DNA of 64,000 nt from Octopus sinensis (lineage: Eukaryota). The stretch's first letter is position 1. Every line of letters begins with the position of its first letter. Under the pieces are notes generated by a model, which ran no database searches, had not been told where the DNA came from, and worked only from the letters and a program-made list of their open reading frames with translations. The stretch spans positions 47,182,001 to 47,246,000 of the forward strand of contig NC_043004.1 of assembly GCF_006345805.1 (NCBI RefSeq), given 5' to 3'. This document shows positions 39,217 through 53,645 of this stretch, in pieces. The position numbers and the translations under genes are program-made.

Positions 39217-39492
39217 CCGGACCGGGCTGCGTGTTGTGTTCTTGAGCAAGGCACTTTATTTCACGTTGCTCCAGTTCACTCAGCTGTAGAAATGAGTTGC
39301 GACGTCACTGGTGCCAAGCTGTATCGGCCTTTGTCTTTCCCTTGGATAACACTGGTGGCGTGGAGAGGGAAGGCTGGTATGCATGGGCGACTGCTGGTCT
39401 TCCATAAACAACCTTGCCCGGACTTGTATCTGGGAAGGTAACTTTCTAGGTGCAATCCCATGGTCATTCATGACCGAAGGGGGTCTTTACCC
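39217..39492 (+). mobile_element. SINE family C, 5'-truncated
   Basis: TTGTGTTCTTGAGCAAGGCACTTTATTTCACGTTGCTCCAGTTCACTCAGCTG core, reminiscent of the Meta/V-SINE central domain. Confidence 0.8.
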
Positions 39493-39494
39493 TT

Positions 39495-39526
<32 letters not shown>

Positions 39527-40019
39527 ATACAAGAAAATGGAGAAACAATTTAGTATGTTCATCAATTTTCGGATATTAGAATGTTGAATTATTTATTCAT
39601 TTAACAAAATGAGAACCTTAATAGCATACATATATACCTTATAATTCAATACATATAAGACAAGAGTACAAATTACAAAAATCATAATACATATTATAGT
39701 GCTGAAAATCATATTTGGTGGACCAACATATTCATGTGTGGAGTTATGATGCTACCATTTTGGTATAAAAACAATAAGGAATACAAACCGAACTCAAAAG
39801 AAAGTATACGGGTTTATTTTTTTTTTTTAATTACGGTTTAGAAACTACTATATATAATGAATATTATAATGTAAATGTTTTAGATGCAAATTGGAATATT
39901 GCTACAGGGTTAATACAGATTTACCATAAACTTAATGAAAACCTAAAATACATAAATGCAGATAGTAATCACGCACCTCGGTAAAAAAAAAAAAACGCTA
40001 ATAGATAACATAGCACGAA

Positions 40020-40152
40020 GTTTTGTCAGTGAACAGGTCGCGGTCTCAAAGCGACGAAGATATTTTGACAAATTAAATTTAAATGTTGAAGTGAATCTAA
40101 CGGTTTTGTGCGTTTCTTAAGTGGCTTATAAACACCTTCCGCGCAGCAATTG

Positions 40153-40157
<5 letters not shown>
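40020..40157. mobile_element. probable PLE terminal-repeat fragment
   Basis: GTCAGTGAACAG-GTCGC GGTCTCAAA GCGAC-GAAG resembles a decayed HHR stem II; flanked by (TA)n. Confidence 0.4.
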
Positions 40158-40193
<36 letters not shown>

Positions 40194-40196
40194 TAA

Positions 40197-40228
<32 letters not shown>

Positions 40229-40229
40229 C

Positions 40230-40272
<43 letters not shown>

Positions 40273-40277
40273 TATAT

Positions 40278-40332
<55 letters not shown>

Positions 40333-42018
40333 ATATTATATATATATATACATATATAAATTACTCTTTGCTAGCTGAAATGCCAGATTAAAATCAATCT
40401 GTTTCTTCACACTACAACTAATATTTTCAAGGGATCAAACCTTCTATCGCTTATTGAACACTTCTGTATTCATAATGTGTCTCAATACTTTTATCTGCCA
40501 ATACAGGAAAGCAAAATACATATTTCTTTCGCTAGCAGCTCACGTCTTCTGGCAAGTCATATATAACAGACTCCAAAAACTTCTAATACACATCTTTATT
40601 GATTAACTTTATGTTTCGTTGCACGATAAAGCATGGGAATAAACAAAACCATATATAAATAAGTGGTGTGCCAATGCATAAGAGCATATGTATGTATGCC
40701 TTCAGATATGTATACATATGAAAAAAAAAAAGTATAGTCATATTCTACACAGGATTATCGACATTTCATAATGCAAAATGTACTTTGAATAATGCAGGAT
40801 TTGGATAGTTAGCTGCTGAATTCTATCTCAGCACTTATGCTTATTTTATATATCTTTCTATGTTAGATATTCATAATAAAATATATTTCAAAGATTTCAT
40901 ATACATTTCATATCTTTCCAAATGGTATACATGACCAGTGGCCATATTACAAAATTCGTCAATAGCATTATAAGATTTTCGATTTAGTATTGCTATTCGA
41001 TTCTTTGTATTCTTATTGATTAACAGAAGCAAAAAAAACAGATTTCAATGACAGAAACGTTAACTTCAAAGTTTTTGTATCTTTTATTTTGTTCATTATT
41101 TTTTCCTTGTCAATATTCATTTCGTAATACCTTCATTCCAAAATACCTTTAATATATTAGAGCAGACTTTACAGCTGCTAACAGAAATTCTGCTTATTTT
41201 ATTGCTTTGCCTTCGACAGTGCTTTTCGTCGATGCTTGAAGATCAAATGAGGGAAAAATCTGTAAAAAATAACTTGTTTTCTGTATCATTATTTTGAAAT
41301 ATTAATACACAACACGAAACGCAGATCCATATGAATACAAGCATGTCTTCCTATGCACATATTCATGCACACACAAACACAAAACCCACGCGCGCACACA
41401 CAAAACCCATGCGCACACACATACACACAAAACCGACATGCACACACACACAAAACCCACATGCACACACACATACACACGCATACAAACACAAACACAA
41501 AAACACACACGTATTCATATGATTCTTTAGCACAAAGGACTCAAATAGTGATAGTATGTAACTATACACGTACATGTGAGTGTGTATATGTAATATCTCT
41601 CTCTTTCTCTGACTACCTGCCTGTCTCTCTCTCTCTCTCCTATATATATATATTATATATATATATACACATAAACACTTGTGTGTATATATGTTTATGC
41701 ATCTGTTTATAAATTTTGTAGAGTAACAAATAAGCGATAAATTTCATCTATCAATACATATTGGTTGCGCATTATTTATTGCTATTTAGTTGAATTATTC
41801 AAAAGTGTCAATAAAAGAATTTCGAGAATGTTGACCCATAAATTATCGGATTCCTGCATATTTTCATAAATTAAATACACAAATATATTACAAGAGCTAG
41901 GATCTTAATAATTTAGTAATATGGATTATAAGTCTCTCGTTCGAGTCATTCATCTTTATTGTTTATTGCTCCTCAGTACATATACTACCTATGTTATATT
42001 TATATTTCTTACTTTTAG

Positions 42019-42257
42019 GGTCAACAAATAACCAGCCCCGGCCTAAGCACAATTTATTTGTTAAAGCGTCGGAGCATAGGAGTATATGATCACCTGTATA
42101 TGAATCACACGGACATCTATCGGAGTTGTACAGGTGGGGAAATATGTAGAAGGTCACATATGTAGAAGGGACATCAAATGGTCACAGGACACGTACAATT
42201 TGAAATTTTGGTCATGTATTTTCACCGAAAAGCTATAAACTTATTCGATATATATAT

Positions 42258-42321
<64 letters not shown>

Positions 42322-42338
42322 ATATATATATATATATA

Positions 42339-42370
<32 letters not shown>

Positions 42371-42381
42371 GTATGTATGTA

Positions 42382-42417
<36 letters not shown>

Positions 42418-42653
42418 TGTATGTATAAATACAGATGAGTGGTACAGTGAGACACCAATATTTACTGGAAAATACCAATCGATACAAATACGACGCTATT
42501 GTAAAGCTTCACATCGTATATACTGGCAAAGTCGTGTCTGTGCAAGAAACATGAACAATTTGTCTTAGCTCTAGGAAGAACATTCTATAAAGGGACAACT
42601 CAGAATCGGATAATGCAGGACCGGTTTCTGACTCTTCAAATACGTTTGACAAC
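42019..42653 (+). CDS. cluster of candidate exons (42019-42133; 42569-42653)
   Basis: TTTCTTACTTTTAG| and AC|GTAAGT sites, open and phase-compatible frames GQQITSPGLSTIYLLK... and LGRTFYKGTTQNRIMQDRF... Confidence 0.2.
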
Positions 42654-43804
42654 GTAAGTTTAATCACTCTTCATCAGCTGCATTTACCTAGAAAATATTT
42701 CAAATGATGCCACATCAATGCCCTCATACTCGCCTGAACGTTTAGCCGTTAACAGAGTAATAAATAAGCGAAAAATGTCATCGTTAAATACATATTGGTG
42801 GCGCTTTATTTTACTGGAAAGTAATACATATGTATATATATATATATTATATAGATACGTATATGTTGAGAAAAATTTATGTTGTAGAACAGCTTCCCTA
42901 TGAAGAATAAGGACCTGTATTTGAAACAGAATGTGTCCTTCTCGTGATATACTGCATCTGTCTGTTATTGGCCATTTACCTCGTCTACACACATCAAAAC
43001 CACTAAAAATACACTGGTCATGATTCTACTTTTGACAAAGTGTTTACTTTGTTTAAATTTCTATTTCTATAAAAACGATACAATGTCTCACATTTCATTT
43101 TGTGCATTGTGTTGTGTGTGTGAGGTTATATGAAATGAAGGATTAAGAAATATACCTCAAAATGTAGTAAGCAAATATGTTTTATGTGACTGTTTCACTT
43201 TACAAAATCAAAAACGTAATAAATAAGAAGGATAACAACTTGTGAAAAAAATTCGGTTAACGTTCATCTCTTAGACAATTATTTCTGCAGTATCACTTTT
43301 CATAGCAATTTTACTACGCCTCCGTAATAGAATATATTTCTTCAAACTGATTAAAATAAAAGCATTTACTTCTATGGAAGTGGATCGGAGAGCAAAACAG
43401 GAAATAACAATTACATGACGGAAATTTTAAACTGAATACAACCAACCCACTCATATTACCGAATTAAATTGCAGGCTTTTTAGCACTCAACATGAGATAG
43501 TTAAAGTTATTTATAACTGTGTCTAGTGAGGTTTATCTGTAAACTGCAATCGTCATTTCTGTATTGTTTTCTAGGTCGCCGATGAACGATAAATCATGCT
43601 TACTCATAACTCTTAAGATTTTACGTCATTAACTGGATTAATTTTTAAGTATATTCCAATGAAATGTATAATAAATAAATCTTCGAAGGTCTTTTAAAGG
43701 ATCTTCTGTAAGCGGCGAACATGCTCATTCATATTAATTTACGTAAATATATAAATGTTTTTTTTTATTATCACATTAACGCATCAATCTCACTACGCCT
43801 AATA

Positions 43805-43925
43805 TGTATGTCATTATTCAGTTTATTTCAAGATTTCTTGCCAGTGGAGAAAGAACCGCTTTCTAACCGCGATCCAAAGTTCCTTCATTGGAACTTCAAA
43901 ATCAACAACAGGATATTTTTGTTTG
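43805..43925 (-). mobile_element. RLE LINE 3'UTR fragment
   Basis: homologous to 13080-13200. Confidence 0.75.
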
Positions 43926-44028
43926 TATGTATTTATGTATGTAATGTACGTATGTGTATGTATGTACGTATTTATGAAAGTATGATGGATGTTTATATAT
44001 ATATGTCTGTCTCTCTCTCTATATATAT

Positions 44029-44089
<61 letters not shown>

Positions 44090-44120
44090 TTAAAAAAGGA
44101 GATGTGGAACACGAGTTGTG

Positions 44121-44444
44121 ATATATAAAAAAGGAAATGAAGAAAATGCTGACAAAATAATTTAAGTAATTTAAGCAATTTAATTAGGTGAAAGTTCTTT
44201 TTACCGGTTGCGCATTTGTTATGCTTATCAAAAGATATATTTTTAAGAGAGATTAGAGTTCCTTTCTGATAGATTTTTTCCTCTTATCTTTTCCAGATAA
44301 GAGGAAAAAATCTATCAGAATGGAACTCTAATCTCTCTTAAAAATATATCTTTTGATAAGCATAACAATGCGCAACCGGTAAAAAGAACTTTCACCTAAT
44401 TCAATTACTTAAATTATTTTGTCAGCATTTTCTTCATTTCCTTT

Positions 44445-44450
<6 letters not shown>
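44121..44450. repeat. fold-back palindrome (arms 44121-44289 / 44295-44450)
   Basis: near-perfect arms, 5-nt spacer TTTCC, ends in (TA)n. Confidence 0.92.
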
Positions 44451-44527
<77 letters not shown>

Positions 44528-45469
44528 TTATACTTGGATTATTACTCTCCGATCCACGATTAACTACATATCCACCCATATATTGCTCAATTGTTATGTT
44601 ATTCTGTAAGCATTTCATTTAAACAGATGTTTAAATGCATGTGAAAATCTGTATTACCTGCTTTAGACGTGATTAAATATTAAAGCGTGTGTACGTTTAA
44701 TTTACGATCAAAATTGTGAAAGACCTAGTACAAAGTTGTGAACGTCACAATCGCTAGAATAAATATCGGTAAATACTCAATGTTATGTTAAGAAGGGTTG
44801 CAACGGGAATATGTCAAGGCAAGTGAAAGTACAAAATAATCTTTCGGGCTTGTGGTTGTTCATGATAGGCAAGAATTTGATTGTATCAATGGGAGAAAAT
44901 TTATTCAAAATGCATTGGAGGGTAAATGCTGTCTAATGTTTCTCTTGAAATTAGAAGACTGAAAATGCATCGAAATCCAGAACAGAGACTGAGAATGTTC
45001 AATAATGCAAAATATGTAAATTTCGGATTGTTGAAGTGATGGTGATTTTATTGTTTGGGATGCGGCAAAATATTCGGTACTTAAACATTTTGAAATGGAA
45101 ATACTTATAGAAAGGAAAAAGTTTTTAAAGTGAAATTACTTTTACTATAATTACCTAGGTCAGGTATTTCAGAAATAATTTGCGTAAAATATTCCTGCAG
45201 TTTCCATCTCGTTATATAGAAAAACGGTAGATATTCATTAATTTCCTAATACTAAAAGATAGAATATGACTTGTTTATTGTTTCTAGCAAACGGATAATT
45301 CTCAGCGTATTAAAAATAATAATTCGTAAGTTTGCAGGATATTTTAATTAGAAGATGTACGGATAATTCTTGAAAAAGGTTTTAGGACAGCAGTTCCTCA
45401 CTATAAAAACACATATATGCGTATGTAAGTATGTATATATACACACAGGTTATAATATATATGTGTATA

Positions 45470-45519
<50 letters not shown>

Positions 45520-45529
45520 ATATATATAT

Positions 45530-45890
45530 AAGAATCCGAAGATTAAAATATTTATATATACCAATTAAGGACTGAACACGAAAAGTGGACAGTCAACATG
45601 CTAGATATAGACGTCAAATCGCCATTCACCACAAAAGATTATGTATATATATATATATAAGAATCCGAAGATAAAATATTTATATATACCAATTAAGGAC
45701 TGAACGCGAAAAGTGGACAGTCAACATGCTAGATATAGACGTCAATCGCCATTCACCACAAAAGATTATGTTCTCAGATCAAACTCAGTTTGATCTGAGA
45801 ACATAATCTTTTGTGGTGAATGGCGATTTGACGTCTATATCTAGCATGTTGACTGTCCACTTTTCGTGTTCAGTCCTTAATTGGTATATA
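45530..45890. repeat. direct plus inverted triplication of a ~110-bp unit between (TA)n tracts
   Basis: copies 45530-45644, 45659-45785 and inverted 45787-45890; centre AAACT-C-AGTTT. Confidence 0.92.
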
Positions 45891-45897
45891 TATATAT

Positions 45898-45959
<62 letters not shown>

Positions 45960-46605
45960 GCTTGTATATGTGTGTGTACAGACATGTCCTTGTATATATG
46001 TACTTAGACACACACTCATATATGTATAGATATAAAAATGCATGTATAGAGCTTGTATATAGCCATAAATATTTTGAGATTGTTTGTGTATACAGAATTC
46101 GCGAGTTTTCATTCTGAAATAACGTCTTGGCTAATTTAAAGACACAAGGCTAGTGTTAATGGAGTGAAATACATTAACTAGGCATGATTGGTTTTATTTA
46201 TAGCTATAACTTCATAGAGATACGAGCACTAACGTAAATACGGACACATGCACACACATATACACGTGCACACACACACACACACACTCATATGGATAAA
46301 CCCATTCATTCATACATCTGCATATATTTATTCTTGCTAGCTCAATGAATCACATTCTGACACATTAATGAAAGAGAAAGAAAAAAAAATGTAGTTATAT
46401 TTGAGAGATGAAAATATTCAGCAGTCTACCTACCTCCTGTAAATTACTAATACATTACACCAACATCAAATTTGCATTTTATCGTGAAAGTATATACAAT
46501 AATGTTTTCACAGGACTTTCAATCAGTCAAAACTAAAATCACTCCGACAGAAATCTGAGAATAAGCATGAACATTATTGACTTCGGAACGATGCCTACAT
46601 GAAAG

Positions 46606-46607
<2 letters not shown>

Positions 46608-46667
<60 letters not shown>

Positions 46668-46732
46668 TAATAATAATAATATTAATAATATTAATAATAA
46701 TAATAATATAATAATAATGATGATAATAATAA

Positions 46733-46763
<31 letters not shown>

Positions 46764-46942
46764 TAATAATAATAATGATAATAATAAAATAGTAATAATA
46801 ATAATAGTAATAATAATAATAATAACAACACTAATAATATAATGATAATAATGATAATGATGGTGATGATGATGACGGCGATGATGATGATGATATCGAC
46901 TACAGTATCAACAACAACAACAATAATTATTATTATTATTAC
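46608..46942. repeat. (AAT)n/(GAT)n compound microsatellite
   Basis: direct reading. Confidence 0.95.
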
Positions 46943-47485
46943 AAATTGTGTCTGTGTCTGTGTCTGTGTCTGTGTGTGAGTGTGCACGTTTGTGTGCGCG
47001 CGCGTATTGCTAGCCTCATCAATATAAATGTTTTTTCACGTTTTATTTCAGATATATATTTTGATTTTTGCTTCGTCGTTAAAACTTCACATTCGAAACT
47101 GCATCTCCTTTTTTCCTTCATTTTGATGTAGTAAACTTCACATAAAATATACATAATGGTAATAAAGCAAAAGGTTTTTAATATTTTTTCAGCATTTCTT
47201 TTCTTTTCTTTTTTTCGCTTTTTTTTTCGCTTTTTTTTTGTCGCCAATAATTCGAGCAGAATTTGAAATTTCCCTATATAGGTATATTGCGTTAGGTTCT
47301 TTGCATACGTTCTTCTTTTTCCTTTTCTATTACATTTTCGCAACATATTTGAATATATTTTGGAAACTGGATAACATTTTTCTTTCTGTGTTATGGTGTT
47401 ACTGTTTTGATCATTATTTCATTCTATTTTATTTATGCATTAATCTGTTTATGATTTTACTTCATGTTATATACTTTCACACACA

Positions 47486-47589
<104 letters not shown>

Positions 47590-48190
47590 GTATATATGTA
47601 TATATAAACGCATATATATATATATATTTATATTTATATATATATATACGTATATATATATGTATATATAAATGCATATATATATATATTATATATATAT
47701 ATATATATAATATATATATATATATAATATATATACAGAAGTGCGTGTATGAGATGTGCACGATTGTATGGAGGTACTTTTGGAAAGTTTTATTCAATTT
47801 AAGTATACTAATTTCTTCCTTAAAACTGGCTAAAGCGTGACGAAAATGCACACATACTTTCATACGTGTTTTTATGTACATTCATGTGTGTGAGTGCAAG
47901 AATGTATATATATGTGTGTGTTTGTGTGTGTGTGTGTGTGTGTCTGTGCGCGTGTATGTGTTTGTGTGTGTGTCTGTATGTAAATATTCATATATGTATA
48001 TGTGCATTTCTTCATATATATATATATATAATATATATATATATGTATTTATATATGGATATATGTTTGTCTGTGTGTGTTTGTGTGTGTGTATGTATAT
48101 AAATATGCATATACATAGATATGAATTTGTATATATACACACATACACACATACACACACATACACACACACATACACAAAAACACACAC

Positions 48191-48251
<61 letters not shown>

Positions 48252-48689
48252 TGCGATAGAAAATACATAACATGCATTTCCTTGTCTTTTCTTGTAGGTT
48301 ATTTTCTTGGTAGATATGTTTCTCGTCATATTTTATGGAACTTCCAATTCAAGAAAATGGTTTGAGCACATTTATTATACCGTAAATTTCGGCATAATTT
48401 GCCACGTATTGTCGACTATAAGTTGAGCTTTTCTAGATTTTCATAGAAAGAAAATAACTTGATGAATTGAAACATGCATGTTTATAATTATCCATGTATA
48501 TACACGGAAGCATCTATGTATATTTACGATTATATTTTTGTATATGAGTGTCTGTGTGTGTGAGAGCTTGTATGTGTATGTGTGTGTGTGTCCTTCAATA
48601 TTTTGTGCACCTTCGACCCAACCGCCAACAAAATACATCGACATTCGTTCGTCTGGCCGAACTTGTCTTCTCACTAAAATGCTTCTCGT

Positions 48690-50450
48690 CTGCGGGTGAT
48701 TTTTACCAGCAGTTCTCGGGAGTTATATACGGTCGTTATATTGACGCCTGTATCGATGCGAGCTCACTCTCCCGCGAACATCTTGACTCGTTCCTTTTGT
48801 TAATCTTTCCATTCTGCCTTCCACTTCACCTGCACTATCTCTCACACCTCTGTCTCATTTCTTGACGTTTCGGTCAGCATTCATCGATCCACACTCACCA
48901 CATCCATCCCCCACAAACCCACATCTCAACTTCTCCTACACCCACCCTAAACGCACCAAGCTCTCCATCCCCTATTTCCAATTTCTCCGTCTGCGCAGGC
49001 GCTGCATTGAAGACCATGACTTTGAGACTCAGTTTCAAGTCATGGCTCGTCACTTTATCCAACATAGATATCCCCTCACCATTATCCACACCACTCTTAC
49101 CAGAGCACTTCTTTGCACCGAGCATCTGATGTCTCCTCCGCACTCGCCCCGCCGTCTCCTGTCTCCTATTTCCCCTCACCTAACACCACACTACCATAAA
49201 TCTCCAACGAACCATTCTCCGAGCCTTCCGGCGACTCTAGACCGAACCCTCCACTTCGCAAATTTTCCCTAACTGACCCCTCTCATCCTTCAAACGAGTC
49301 CACAAACTACTAGATCTCTTGGTCCACAGCCTCTTCCCTAACCCAACCTCCCAAACCGGATCGTTCCCTTGATCCCGCTCACGTTGCTTCACTTGCCCTT
49401 TTCTCGCCAACACCACCTTCTCACAGGCACCTATCATCGGCCCTATCATATCACTGACACCTTCACTGCACTTCTAGCAACATCGTCGAATGCATCTCCT
49501 GCTCTATCCGCCCTTCTCTATACATCGGGCTCGGCAATGACACCCCGGTCTCGCGCTATTTCCTATCTACCGGTCACTCCTTGCAACACCTGTCTGTGTT
49601 TGGATTGTCCTTGCACAGGGGTCATCCGGACTCCCGTCTTCGCCATGAACAGGGATTAATCTTCTCTCTTCTCTCTTCTCTCCTTTGCGCCACCTGGGTT
49701 CAACTCTCCTCCCCTCTTCATCTAACCTTCCTTCACTCTCCTGTCTTCCTCTCGCACCTACTTCCTCCTACCCACCTCTCCTCTCTTGCTCCGACTCCTT
49801 CTTCTCTTCACACCTACCATCTTTCTCTCTTTTCTTCACTCCTACCCACCTTCTCCATTCCTCCTCTCCCTTGATCATCAACCTCCTTCGTAACCACACC
49901 CCTACACATTCCAACTCCACCTTCCCTATCCATTCTATCCCGTCCTACCCCATCTCGTATATCCGCTCCCACATGCTCCATTTCTACCCATTCCCTTGCA
50001 TTCCCCACTCTCGCCTCCCGCACATCCTTCACGACCAGACTACACCATACACCACACACTACCATACCACACATCATCACATCACACCACCACGCACACA
50101 CTAGCACCGATCACTTCCCAGCACCCACACACCTACACATGGTCACACGCACACGTCAAGTTCACCAGCCCTCTTCTACACACACATACATGCTTTCTTA
50201 TAGACACGCATCATCACTACTTTATTTTCTCCCCTTCTTCTTAGCACGCCTATGTGTCCCCTCTGTCCAGCATTCGCCATGATAGATCGCTAGCCACTAC
50301 ACTTTCTTTATTTACTCTTCCTGTTTCTTTGTGTGTTCCTTTCTGTGTAGACTCGAAACGTTAAGAGTTTTTCACTTCTCGAGCTTTAATCTAGCACATA
50401 TGTTTGTTGTTTGCAACACATGTTTCGTCTTTTAGCTTTTTGTGAATTCT
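48690..50450 (+). mobile_element. Penelope-like element: RT C-terminal part, GIY-YIG relic and pseudo-LTR, degenerate
   Basis: FYQQFSGVIYGRYID; HLNFSYTHPKRTKLSIPYFQFLRLRRRCIEDHDF...RYP; CTRCFTCP-like region; CT/CA-rich tail with CTCGAAACGTTAA HHR half at about 50352. Confidence 0.85.
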
Positions 50451-50525
50451 CTCCATATATATCAATCTATCTATTTATCTCTCTCTCTCTCTCTCTTTAT
50501 ATATATATATAATATATTATAAATA

Positions 50526-50564
<39 letters not shown>

Positions 50565-50610
50565 TATATATACGTATATATGTATGTATACATGTACATA
50601 TATTCCTTTA

Positions 50611-51000
50611 ATTACTTACTTGTTTCAGTCATTTGACTGTGGCCATGCTGGAGTACCACCTTTAGTCGAACAACTCGATCCAAGGACTTATTCGTTGTAA
50701 GCCTAGTACTTATTTTATCGTAACCGCTAGGTTACGGGGACGTAAACACAGCAACACCGGTTGTCAAGTGTCGGTGTGGGTACAAACTCAGACACACATA
50801 TACACACATATACATATATATATATATTATATATTATATACTTATATATATTCCCACGGTGGGCTTCTTTCAATTTCTATCTACGAGATCTACTCACAAG
50901 GCTTTGGTCAGTTTGAGACTATAACAGAACGCACTTGCATAAGTTAGCAACAAGTGGAACTGAGCCTGGGACCATGTGGTTGGGAAGAATCTTATTACGA
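50611..51000 (-). mobile_element. SINE family A, diverged
   Basis: reverse complement of family A. Confidence 0.85.
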
Positions 51001-51189
51001 CGTGGTCACGCCTAGGACTATGTATATGTGTTGTATATATATATATATATATATACATTTATATATACACATATATACATATATTTATATATTAGTTGAG
51101 ATACACACATTCTACATTGATAACTCTGCAACCCATGCCACTATGGAACATAGGGGTTAAGTGAAATGTCCCCTCTCTACTAGTTGTTT

Positions 51190-51520
51190 TAATTCTTGTT
51201 CTGGGGCAGCCAGTCGGACACTCTCATCGGCAAAACGCAGGTTTATTAGGTTTCTACCGCCAATTCTAATGTTAACATTGTGGTCTTCCAGCGTAGCGGT
51301 CATAATCCTCTCATGAAAGATGTTGAACAAGGTCGGCGAGAGCGGGCAGCTTGCCTTACACCGATTGTTGTTTTAAACCACTTGCTTTATCATACAGATT
51401 AACAATGGCATGAATGACAATTGATTAGATGTTATACAGCCTCATCGTCAGTCAGAGTGCCGTATTGCACACGTTGTCAAAAGCCGTTTTGAAGTCCACA
51501 AACACATGAAAACGTTCTTG
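51190..51520 (-). mobile_element. RTE LINE RT fragment
   Basis: HVFVDFKTAFD; xCPLSPTLFNIF...IRIGGRNLINLRFAD across frameshifts. Confidence 0.8.
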
Positions 51521-51679
51521 TTGCCGCTGCTGCTGTTGCTGATGCTGTTGAGCGAACGGTCTTCCTCCCAGAGCTAGCAAGATGGGAGAATTCCGAAATC
51601 TAGTCCTTTGCTATTCGTAAGACCCGCAGAAGAGAAAGCAGGTCAGCTCCCGACACCGAGAGCATCGACGGATGGATGA

Positions 51680-51988
51680 ATCCTGTTAATTATTGTTTAG
51701 GGCAAATATATTAAGGGGAAAACCCGGAGAAATGTAAAGGTCTCTGTAAAATTTCCGAGTATCAGTAGGTTGCGTAGGAAGTCGGGGACAAGAAACAGGA
51801 AGAAAGAGTGAGAGGAAGTTGGAGCGAAAGAGTACAACAGGGATCGCCACCACTCCCTGCCCGAGCCTCGTGGAGCTTTTAGGTGTTTTCGCTCAATAAA
51901 CACACACAACGCCCGGTCTGGGAATCAAAACCGCGATCCTCCGACCGCGAGTCCGCTGCCCTAACCATTGGGCCATTGCGCCTCCACT
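51680..51988 (-). mobile_element. SINE family D; its tail is repeated inverted at about 52330-52445
   Basis: head TGGAGGCGCAATGGCCCAATGGTTAGGGCAGCGGACTCGCGG; matches 33730-34028. Confidence 0.9.
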
Positions 51989-52846
51989 TGTTGGCGCTGC
52001 AGATAACGTTCACACCCAACTCTTAAATTGAACATCTGTTGTATTGTGCTTGCGACACAACTCTGAATGGTGCTTGCACCTCGGCAATGATTCCTTCCGT
52101 CTGTTTCTATTAAGGATGATTTTCAGCTTCATGGAAATTGAATTTCGATATGCAAAATGGATACATTTGTACCTTTCTGTTGACACTAATAATTTTCCTA
52201 AACAGATTTCTTTCATTCTTTGTTTATTCCAACGACACTTTTCCGTCAATTGTGTTGTTCTAAGCATGTATTAGTTATGATTTCTGATATTGTAATTGAC
52301 GTCACGTGTATGTATCCCCTATTTTCTTTCCTCTCCTGCTTACTCTCCGTTTCGCCTACTGCTACTCGTAAATTTTACAGAGACCTTCACCTTTCTCCGC
52401 GTTTTCCCCTTAATATATTTGGCCCAAACAATAATTAACAGGATTTCCCTCACTTATAATATAAATACTTTTTTTTTTTTGGCAATAATTAATCGAAGAG
52501 TAATCAAGTAAAGTAATAAGTAACGCTGGGATTTATTAATCATGCGACTCCTCTGCTGTATTATACAATATAACAAATTAAATATATTTTTATACATATA
52601 CAATACATATGAATACATACATATACTCATACACAGACACAAATACACACACATACTTACACAATCACAAATACACATATATTAAAGTAGATAAAGAAAG
52701 AGAGCTCTTGATACAACGAGATCGTATATGATAAACCTAAATACAAAAAATTCATGGAGATAAATATTGTTTTTAGAAGACTTTTGGAAATATTTTTTGT
52801 TATTCCAAAGAACAAAATTTTGATATATTGACTGTTTTGTAACGTG

Positions 52847-52881
<35 letters not shown>

Positions 52882-52912
52882 ATATAAAATACTCGATATA
52901 TCAAAATCTTAT

Positions 52913-53645
52913 ATGTATGTATGTATGTTGTATGTATGTATGTATGTATGTATGTATGTATGTATGTATGTGTGTATGTATGCATGTATGTATTTATGTA
53001 TGTATGTGTGTATGTATGTATGTATGTATGTATGTGTGTATGTATGTATGCATGTATTTATGTATGTATGTGTGTATGTATGTATGTATGTATGTATGTG
53101 TGAATGTATGTATGTATGCATGTATGTATGTATGTATGTGTGTATGTATGTATGTATGCATGTATTTATGTATGTATGTGTGTATGTATGTATGTATGTA
53201 TGTGTGTATGTATTTATGTATGTATGTGTGTATGTATGTATGTATGTATGTATGCATGTGTGTATGTATGTATGTATGCATGTATGTATGTATGTATGTG
53301 TGTATGTATGTATGTATGCATGTATGTATGTATGTATGTATGCATGTATTTATGTATGTATGTATGTATGTATGTATGTATGCATGTATTTATGTATGTA
53401 TGTGTATGTATGTATGTATGTATGTATGTGTTTATGTATGTATGTATGCATGTATTTATGTATGTATGTGTGTATGTATGTATGTATGTATGTGTGTATG
53501 TATGTATGTATGTATGCATGTATGTATGTATGTATGTGTGTATGTATGTATGTATGCATGTATGTGTGTATGTATGTATGTATGTATGTGTGTATGTATG
53601 TATGTATGCATGTATTTATGGATGTATGTGTGTATGTATGTATGT
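52913..53645. repeat. long (TATG)n array with higher-order variants
   Basis: recurring GCAT, ATTT and GTGT interruptions. Confidence 0.95.
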
